From NCBI GenBank assembly GCA_017563185.1, contig JAFXIL010000152.1, forward strand, positions 1-63,247: 63,247 nt of DNA, read 5' to 3'. Made by a program: the position numbers and the translations under genes. The notes under the pieces are model-generated. The model was not told the origin of the DNA. It was given only the letters and a program-made list of their open reading frames with translations, and did no database searches. Positions 56,510-63,247 of this stretch are shown piece after piece (position 1 is the first letter of the stretch; each line of letters starts with the position of its first letter). Source of the stretch: Kiritimatiellia bacterium (lineage in GTDB: Bacteria; Verrucomicrobiota; Kiritimatiellia; RFP12; UBA1067).

Positions 56510-59500
56510 TCAGCGCAGGAAGATGACGGTGCCGCAGGAGTACACGAGCTTGAGGCCCGTGCCGTCCTTGCGCACGCTGAACGCCTTCTGCTTCGTCTCG
56601 TCGTCAACCTGGAACTGCGCGCTGTCGGGCGGAAGCTCGGCCACACCGTCGGTCACCGCCCATGTGACGATGTACGGACTCGAGGACTTGGCGATCGCCC
56701 TCAGGTCCTCTCTGCCCGCAAGGTTCAGCGTCACGGACGCGCCATCTGCAAAGGAAACGGTGTTGCGCCCCTGCGAGAACGCGGACTTCACCGACCACGT
56801 TCCCGTCTTGCCGGAGAGGTCGATCGTCGAGCCGTCCTGCATCGTGCATCCGTAGAAGTAGTTGTGGTCCACGGCAGGCTTGAATATGCCATAGACGTTC
56901 AACGCCTCATAGCCCCGATTCTGGTCAGCGCCATACACCTGTTCGTAGTTGCGCACCGATGTGGGCAAATAAATCTCCAATGCGCTGCCAACGCGAATGT
57001 CGACGTCCCTCGCCTCCGTGGCGGAGGCGTAGAATTTGTTCAGGTATAGCCACCCGCCGGAAACGACGTCAAGCGTTCCGTTCTTTATCGTTGCGTCAAT
57101 CATGAAGAAGTATTTCCCGCCGGCGATCTGAACGGTCAAGGTATGTCCGCCAAGATCAAGCGTTGTTGCCCTGACGTTGCCGCCTGGCCGCAGACCGGTG
57201 TTGGCATTGAGAATGAATTTAGAGTTGTCCGTGAGCGTAATGGAATGGAACTGTCCCCAGCTGGACGGGAGGTCATTTCCGCAACCCTCCAGCGTGCCGC
57301 CGTCAAGCACGAACTTGTAGTCGGCATCCGCCTCGCCATAGAGAGAGTTCAAACGGAAGAGTCCATCTGCATGCACAGTTGTCGTGTTTCCTCTGGCGCC
57401 AAGCACCCAGCGGTCAGGCGAGTAGTGCTGGACCGGAAACACTTCGAACGTGCCGCCATAGACGTCGGTTCCTCCTGTGTACGTCTGCTGGACCTTCTCG
57501 GCCACGAAAGTTCCCTTTCCGTCCTTCACCAGCTTCACGTTGCCGCTGATTGCAACGGTGCTGTTCGTGACGAAGAGACCCTCCGCCACATCCACGTGCA
57601 GCTCGGCGCCTGCGCTCTCGGAGGAGTTGGCGACCGATGAGATCGGATAACCCTGATCGGCAAGGCCGGCGATTTTGACGGAATGCCCGTTCAGGTCGAA
57701 CGTCACGCCGTCGGCGAACATCACGCTGCCGAGAGTGCGCAGATCGCAGTCCGCATCGAAAACGACTGACGTCGTGACGACCGAAGGCAGCACGCCCTCG
57801 ACGACATCGCCATTCAGATTGCGGCACACCCAGTTTGCGGGGTTTGAGGGCGCTTCGTCCTCCGCCGCGGTCCACACGGCCGACCGCGCAACGTTCGGAG
57901 AGTTGACGTGGATTTCCGTGCCGTCGTCCGACACGGTGAGAATGTGCCCTTCCCCGCCGGAAAGCGACACATGGTCGTAGAGAGTTCCGCCCGTCAGCAG
58001 CGACACGCTTCCGAACTTGATCACCGCATGCTCCCTCTCCGCGAGTTTTGAGACGTCGAGAACCAGTCGGCCCTTGTCGTGGATCGAGAGCGTTCCCGTA
58101 ACCACGCCGCCGGGCGGCAGGGAAAGAGTCGCCCCATAGCCGATCGAGATCTCGTCCAGCGTCTCGATCTTCCGCTGAAGCGCAATAGTTCCAGGGCCGT
58201 ACACTCCCAGCTTGCCCGCAAGCGGCGCCGAGATCTTTGCCTCGACGTCTTCGGACGCGAATAGTCCCGCAACGCCTGGCGTGAGCGTGCCGCCCGAAAG
58301 CTCCGCGTTCGCCGTAAAGCCAACGCCGTCGGCCGTTGCGCCCTCGGCGGGAACCGCAGCATCCGCGTTGAACACGCGGTACTTGCCCGCACTCCACTCG
58401 GCATCGCCCGCGCCCGCCCAGCCGCAGGATCGCGTCCACTTCTTCTCGATGCGCTCGCGGATCATCTTGCGCGTAAGGCCGGAGACAGGAGTGGTGAGAA
58501 TCAGAAGTTCGGAGATCGCGCGGCCGCCGTTGCGGTCGTTGCACCAGCGGTCGGCGGAGATGGCGGACGCCGTGAGATTCTCGAACGACGCCACGTCGAA
58601 CACGTGCGTGCCGTAAGGCGGACGTTCGGTCCACATGCACGACACAGGCTCGCCGTCGCAGTACATCGGCCCTTGCCTGTATCCGGTTGCGGCAGTGCCG
58701 CTGGGGCTGTAGCAGCCAAATTCGCTTCCCTGATAGCCACGGTGGAAGTGAAACGAGTCCGCATTCTGGATCACCTCGTTCTTACCGTCGGCAAGGAAGA
58801 ACGCATCTTTGTCGCGCACGATATCCATCGCCCAGAAAACGCTGCGGACATTTGTGAGGCGCGTGAAGTACATGTCTATGTAGGAGCCATGGGGACCCAT
58901 GAGGAACGCGGGCACTCCGTTCGTGTAGCCGTACGAGCCGGGGCTGCAGGTTCGCGCATTGTTGTCCAGGTATAGAGTAGAGGGCTTCACGAGATCAGTT
59001 CCAGAGCCTTGGTTCTTCCACCCCACGATGTCGCTGCCGGAGTAGTTGAAGTTGCTGACGGACGATGCGTCCACATGCACGGGCGCGTTGGCGATGAGCG
59101 CGTCCACGTATTCCTCCGAAGGGCTCCATTTCTCCGCCAGCAGCTTCTCGATGCCGATGCGGTCCTCGTCTGAAAGCTCGCTCGAGAACGTGAATAGCTC
59201 CGCCACGCGCTTGCCACCGTTGCGGTTGGAAATGTTGCGGTCCTGGCCAAGAGTGCTCCACTCGCAGTTCTGAGACGAGCTAATGGTGTAAACACTCAGA
59301 CCGCCGGCAGGTTCTGGATACTCGACATCCGGCTTGGCTATCTTAATGCCGTTCACCCAGACTGCGCCGTACTTGTAGATGTAGCTGTGCGCAGGGTTGA
59401 AGTACACGCCGCCGCCGCCGCGGTGGAAGCGGTAGGAGGCGTTCGGGCTGTCGCCCAGCCAGAAGGCATGCTCGTTGCGATCGATCATCTCCGCCACCAA

Positions 59501-60502
59501 GAAGACCATCCGGGTGTTGGTGATGCGCGTGGCGAGTTTGAGGTCGATGCCGCTCCCCACTGAGCCCGAGTCGAAGGCCGGCTTCTCGGCGACGGTGGCC
59601 ACCGTGCCGTAGTGGATTCCGCTGTTGTTGCCATAGGTTGTGCCGGGCGTGAAGTGGTTGTTGTTGCCGGAAAGGTCGTCCCACTGCGAAACGGCGGCGG
59701 TGTTGCCTTCGACGTCGAAGTGGAAGCTCGATTCCGTGGCGGCGTCGAAGTGCACCTGCGCCTTTCTGCCCAGCATCAGCGTGGCCGCGTTTGCCTCGGA
59801 GACCGAACCTGTCCACCACTTGGCCTTGAGGTAGCCTTCCACTATGCTACGCTCTGCAATGTCGAGACTGCGGGCGAACGCCACCACCTCGCACAGGCGC
59901 TTTCCGCCGATGCGATTGGCTATTCCGCGGTCGCTGCACATCTGCGCCACCTGCGCGGACAAATCCCAGCTCCAGGTTATGAGCTGGTAGCCGACGGGCA
60001 TCTTGGTCCTCTGCGGATCTGCAATCGGCGCTCCGTCGTTCCAGTACGCAACCGATGCAATGTTGTCATGGTACCTGTACGTTCCGCCGGGATCCCGGTG
60101 GAATCCGTAGTTCCTGGGGGCCTCGCCGTCGCTTGGGCCGCCCAGGAGAAATGCGAACTGATCCTGATCGGCATCGACCACGAAGAACACCGTTTTGACC
60201 TCGCGCGTGGAGGGGAAGCGCATGTCGCACTGCGTGCCCACCGTGAAGAAGGTGACGGCCTTCTTGCCGGCCAGGGCGCCATCGGCAATCTCGATTACCT
60301 GGGGCTTCGTGGAAGTGTACGCGGAAAGCGATGGATAATTCCCGCCGCGGACGTCGGCCCACGTGTCAAGCTCAGTGCCTGCGGCCTGCTCGAGCGTCGA
60401 GGCGTCTAACCAGAAATCGGCCTCGTCGGTCACAAGCGCCGGCGCAGCCGCCATGCAGGCCGCCGCGAACATGTAAACGCAAGAACTCACGATCGTTTTC
60501 AT
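56510..60502 (-). CDS. large secreted protein (1330 aa): three LamG/ConA-like modules followed by PATR beta-helix repeats
   Basis: Start at ATG 60502 (GGAAAGAGG upstream; MKTIVSSCVYMFAAACMAAAPA). Three ~230-aa modules each end ...NGG(K)R..E...F......R..IE..L..KW. PATR repeat LVKDGKGTFVAEKVQQTYTGGTDVYGGTFEV. Ends ...CGTVIFLR. Confidence 0.85.
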   Translation of the reverse strand: MKTIVSSCVYMFAAACMAAAPALVTDEADFWLDASTLEQAAGTELDTWADVRGGNYPSLSAYTSTKPQVIEIADGALAGKKAVTFFTVGTQCDMRFPSTREVKTVFFVVDADQDQFAFLLGGPSDGEAPRNYGFHRDPGGTYRYHDNIASVAYWNDGAPIADPQRTKMPVGYQLITWSWDLSAQVAQMCSDRGIANRIGGKRLCEVVAFARSLDIAERSIVEGYLKAKWWTGSVSEANAATLMLGRKAQVHFDAATESSFHFDVEGNTAAVSQWDDLSGNNNHFTPGTTYGNNSGIHYGTVATVAEKPAFDSGSVGSGIDLKLATRITNTRMVFLVAEMIDRNEHAFWLGDSPNASYRFHRGGGGVYFNPAHSYIYKYGAVWVNGIKIAKPDVEYPEPAGGLSVYTISSSQNCEWSTLGQDRNISNRNGGKRVAELFTFSSELSDEDRIGIEKLLAEKWSPSEEYVDALIANAPVHVDASSVSNFNYSGSDIVGWKNQGSGTDLVKPSTLYLDNNARTCSPGSYGYTNGVPAFLMGPHGSYIDMYFTRLTNVRSVFWAMDIVRDKDAFFLADGKNEVIQNADSFHFHRGYQGSEFGCYSPSGTAATGYRQGPMYCDGEPVSCMWTERPPYGTHVFDVASFENLTASAISADRWCNDRNGGRAISELLILTTPVSGLTRKMIRERIEKKWTRSCGWAGAGDAEWSAGKYRVFNADAAVPAEGATADGVGFTANAELSGGTLTPGVAGLFASEDVEAKISAPLAGKLGVYGPGTIALQRKIETLDEISIGYGATLSLPPGGVVTGTLSIHDKGRLVLDVSKLAEREHAVIKFGSVSLLTGGTLYDHVSLSGGEGHILTVSDDGTEIHVNSPNVARSAVWTAAEDEAPSNPANWVCRNLNGDVVEGVLPSVVTTSVVFDADCDLRTLGSVMFADGVTFDLNGHSVKIAGLADQGYPISSVANSSESAGAELHVDVAEGLFVTNSTVAISGNVKLVKDGKGTFVAEKVQQTYTGGTDVYGGTFEVFPVQHYSPDRWVLGARGNTTTVHADGLFRLNSLYGEADADYKFVLDGGTLEGCGNDLPSSWGQFHSITLTDNSKFILNANTGLRPGGNVRATTLDLGGHTLTVQIAGGKYFFMIDATIKNGTLDVVSGGWLYLNKFYASATEARDVDIRVGSALEIYLPTSVRNYEQVYGADQNRGYEALNVYGIFKPAVDHNYFYGCTMQDGSTIDLSGKTGTWSVKSAFSQGRNTVSFADGASVTLNLAGREDLRAIAKSSSPYIVTWAVTDGVAELPPDSAQFQVDDETKQKAFSVRKDGTGLKLVYSCGTVIFLR

Positions 60503-60550
60503 GCAAGAACCTCTTTCCACAAATGAATGCCAGCCATGCTGAATTCCGCC

Positions 60551-62047
60551 CTACACGCGCACCGTGCGGATGGAGAGCAGGTCGCCCACCTTCTCGAAGA
60601 CGCCGGCGTTGCGGCCCACGGACATGGCGAAATGGTGTATCGGCGCCTCGGCGAACCAGCGCTCCATGAACGTGTCGGGATCGACGTCGAAGCGCACGTG
60701 CGTCTGCGTGTTGCCGATCATCATGATCGGGTCCTTCGTGGCCGTTGCCTCCGTGACGATGAACTTGAGCTTGCCGTCGCCGGTCTGCGTAAGGCCGAGC
60801 GTGGTCACCTCGCCCGCGCGCACCTTCGCCTCCACCGAAACGCCGGAGCCGCGCTTGCCGTGGTACACGCCAAGGCCGCGCAGAATCGGACGCCCCTCTG
60901 CGATCTTGAGATGGAACGGTCCGTCATGGCCGAGAAGGATCGTGCCCGTCAGATAATCCGTGGTTACTATCTCGCAGAAGCTGCCGCCAAGGCCGAGGAT
61001 GTCGCACGTCTTCATGGCGATGGCGGTCTTGAGGTCGCCTTCGCCGCTGCATGGAACGCCCTGCGCGGTGAGGAGAGAGTGGCCCACGATGAAGCCGCTC
61101 TGCAGCTGCTCGTAGGCGTTGCCGTCCGCGCCGTGGTAGTAGTAGACAAGCGCGTCGAGGTTGAAGTCCTTCACCATGCGCTCCTGCGCGCAGGCGACCT
61201 TTGCGGACCACTCGAGCTGCTCGTCGGTCGGGCGGCGCGCAAGCGGATCGGCCGGCGAGTCGCCCGATATCTCGAACATCGCCTCGATCTCCGCGAGCTT
61301 GGCCTTCACCTCTTCATCCGTCACCTTCTCAAGGCGCGCGTTGAGGTCGCACATCTCGAGTAGCTCCACGTGTATGCCCGTCTGCGCCTGCGCCATCGTG
61401 AAGTCGGAATACATGTCGAGCATGCCCGAGTAGTTGTTGCCGAGGAACCCGAAGCGCGCCTTCGCGAGATTCGCCTTCACCACCGCCGCGCGCGTCCACT
61501 CGCCGATCTCCTTCCACGCGCGCAGGGCCTCCGGACGCTCCGCCGTGGCCTCGTCGGCAATCGCTATCTCCGGCGCCTTCTCGAGCCCCAGAAGCCCCGA
61601 GACGATGCGGAACTTTATCCCCGCGCGGTTGAACGCGTTCGCGATCTCCGGCGCGGGGCACGCGCAGCACTGCGCCAGCCACTCGCCGGTTGACGTGTGG
61701 GCGTAGTCGATCTGCACGGCGGGCTGCAGGTTCAGCATCACCGCAGGCGCCCTGCACGCCTGGTGGACGGGCAGCACCGCGTCGCTCGTAACGTAAGTGC
61801 CGATGTGCTGGAACACGAGATCCACGTTGTGCGACTGGAAGTACTCGCCCGCCTCGATTCCGCGGTCCGAGCAGTCCACCAGCCCGAAGTTGAACACCTC
61901 CACGTCGCCGAACGCGGCGATCTTCTCGGCGATGAACCTGCCGTATCCCTCAAGCCTCTCCTTGAGCCCCTTGAACTGGGGCCAGTACGCCTTGAGGCCT
62001 GTGGTGTACACGCCGATGCGCGCCTTGCGGTTTGCCTTTCTATCCAT
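60551..62047 (-). CDS. L-arabinose isomerase family protein
   Basis: 498 aa from ATG 62047 (AAGGAAGGG SD upstream); ATG 62080 is an alternative. AraA-like N-terminus (IGVYTTGLKAYWPQF) and C-terminus (APIHHFAMSVG). Confidence 0.75.
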   Translation of the reverse strand: MDRKANRKARIGVYTTGLKAYWPQFKGLKERLEGYGRFIAEKIAAFGDVEVFNFGLVDCSDRGIEAGEYFQSHNVDLVFQHIGTYVTSDAVLPVHQACRAPAVMLNLQPAVQIDYAHTSTGEWLAQCCACPAPEIANAFNRAGIKFRIVSGLLGLEKAPEIAIADEATAERPEALRAWKEIGEWTRAAVVKANLAKARFGFLGNNYSGMLDMYSDFTMAQAQTGIHVELLEMCDLNARLEKVTDEEVKAKLAEIEAMFEISGDSPADPLARRPTDEQLEWSAKVACAQERMVKDFNLDALVYYYHGADGNAYEQLQSGFIVGHSLLTAQGVPCSGEGDLKTAIAMKTCDILGLGGSFCEIVTTDYLTGTILLGHDGPFHLKIAEGRPILRGLGVYHGKRGSGVSVEAKVRAGEVTTLGLTQTGDGKLKFIVTEATATKDPIMMIGNTQTHVRFDVDPDTFMERWFAEAPIHHFAMSVGRNAGVFEKVGDLLSIRTVRV

Positions 62048-62089
62048 TTCACCCTTCCTTTCTTGGATTGACGCCGCCATGTACGGTCG

Positions 62090-63247
62090 CTACTTGAGGC
62101 GATCCATGATGTTCTTGTTGTACGTCCAGGACGGATTGTCGATCGGGCCCTGGATTCTGAAATCAAGAAGCATGCGCGAGAGGTTCGCGAACGGCCAGGT
62201 GATCGGCGTTGCGAGCTTGCCGAGGAAGCTCTCGTTCTTCGTGAGAGTGACGCGCGCGGTGAAGTCGAGGCTGTCCTTCGGGATGTCGTACGAGCCGCGC
62301 GCCTGTATCGAGAATATCTCGCCCTCGACGCGGATGTTGGACGAGGTGAACACGCCGTTTGTTATCGCGAAGTCGAGCGAGCCATGCGACTGGTTCACCA
62401 GGCCGGCAATGCCCGGCACGTGGCGCGCAAGGTACTCGGTGAGGCCGGCGAAGATCTTCATCTGCGCGAGATGGCCGTCGCGGCTGATCACATGGCCCTC
62501 GCCGGAGAGGCGCGCCACGGCGTTGGAGGCGATGGGGCCCGCGAATGAGACATGCGCGTCAACGCGCCCGTGCCTGTCGCCGAGATCGACCTTGAACGTC
62601 TCGGCGACGTCTGTGAGCGGCACGTCGCGGCAGGTGATGTCCACGTTGAACCTGGCGTTGTCCTGCTTGAATTCCGGAATGGATATTCTGCCGTTTCCTG
62701 AAAGGGACCCTCCGCGCGTCGACTTGGCGGTCACGTTGGTGAACGTCACATCGCATCCCTTCAAGTGGAATTCGCCCGAGGCGTCCCTGAGCGGAATCGA
62801 CAGCACGGCGCCGCGTTCGAAGGCCAGCGTGCCGCGCAGGTCGTTCAATGCGGCATGGCGCGGATCAACGGCGAGTCGGCCCTTGAGGGTTATGTCGGGA
62901 ACGGTCTCGGGGACTATGCAGTCGAGCGTGCCGTCGTTCATCACGTCCGCTACCGCAAGCGCGTTGCTGAGCGAGGTGTGGCTTGCAACGTCGAAGTCAA
63001 CGTAGCCTACGTCGTTCGTGTTCTCATACACAATCGTGCCCTTCATCGACGTGCCGTCGGCAATGGCCACGTCTAGGGGCTTCTTCGCGGAGCCCACCTC
63101 GATGCGCGCGTTCTGGTAGGTGTCGCGCACGAACACCCTCACGTCCACAGTGCCGTCAGCCCGCTTGAGCGGCACGCCGTTGTAGAAGCCGCCCAGCGGA
63201 TGGAGGTCCAGAAAAATGTGCAGATCGTTGTTGCGCAGGTTCACATC
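62090..63247 (-). CDS. AsmA-like protein, C-terminal part (partial, continues past window end)
   Basis: The frame is open to the window edge. AsmA C-terminal region pattern (SLDFAITNGVFTSSNIRVEGEIFSIQARGSYDIPKDSLDF...). Confidence 0.65.
   Translation of the reverse strand, partial: DVNLRNNDLHIFLDLHPLGGFYNGVPLKRADGTVDVRVFVRDTYQNARIEVGSAKKPLDVAIADGTSMKGTIVYENTNDVGYVDFDVASHTSLSNALAVADVMNDGTLDCIVPETVPDITLKGRLAVDPRHAALNDLRGTLAFERGAVLSIPLRDASGEFHLKGCDVTFTNVTAKSTRGGSLSGNGRISIPEFKQDNARFNVDITCRDVPLTDVAETFKVDLGDRHGRVDAHVSFAGPIASNAVARLSGEGHVISRDGHLAQMKIFAGLTEYLARHVPGIAGLVNQSHGSLDFAITNGVFTSSNIRVEGEIFSIQARGSYDIPKDSLDFTARVTLTKNESFLGKLATPITWPFANLSRMLLDFRIQGPIDNPSWTYNKNIMDRLK

Overview
GC-rich 63-kb chromosomal segment that is transcribed almost entirely from the minus strand. 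Only a partial CDS at the left edge, a Tat-signal isomerase-like gene, tRNA-Ser(UGA), a small ORF and tilS lie on the plus strand. The gene content suggests a PVC-superphylum organism (Lentisphaerota, Kiritimatiellota or Verrucomicrobiota-like): a DUF1559-type prepilin-like protein, giant secreted proteins with autotransporter-associated beta-strand (PATR) repeats, a Tat-signal Gfo/Idh/MocA plus TIM-barrel pair, and a GH78 rhamnosidase. This placement is inference only.

Housekeeping genes are well supported: trxB, hisB, plsY, panC, deoC, pyrC, a purine nucleoside phosphorylase, tilS, cmk, metK, argF, fhs, a ParE-like topoisomerase subunit, a phosphomannomutase, a mannose-1-P guanylyltransferase and an OadA/PycB-type carboxyltransferase. 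They are interleaved with four secreted repeat proteins of 3497, 1330, 804 and 292 aa.

The most interesting signal is a cobalamin (B12) riboswitch-like leader at 43265-43410 (minus strand). It has its own promoter and drives an operon with no known B12 transporter or B12 enzyme. The operon encodes the 804-aa secreted protein, which carries an internal duplication, translationally coupled (TGATG) to the DUF1559 pseudopilin-like protein. I propose this as a candidate undescribed B12-responsive surface or capture system.

Other observations:
- A coherent set of sigma70-like promoters (TGGTATAAT type), four of which sit 6-7 nt from the ATG and so imply leaderless mRNAs.
- Recurrent RGTTTY 7-8-nt tandem repeats immediately 3' of stop codons.
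- A shared C-terminal strand ending in a basic residue (...GxhhxhF/L-R/K-COOH) on the secreted proteins.
- A probable ATT start codon in front of a Tat signal.
- A perfect palindrome wrapped around a consensus -35 box.
- A signal-peptide-like 12-codon uORF lying out of frame with an Ig-like ORF.

I saw no CRISPR array, rRNA or mobile element. The long plus-strand ORFs that lie antisense to the big genes are treated as high-GC artefacts.
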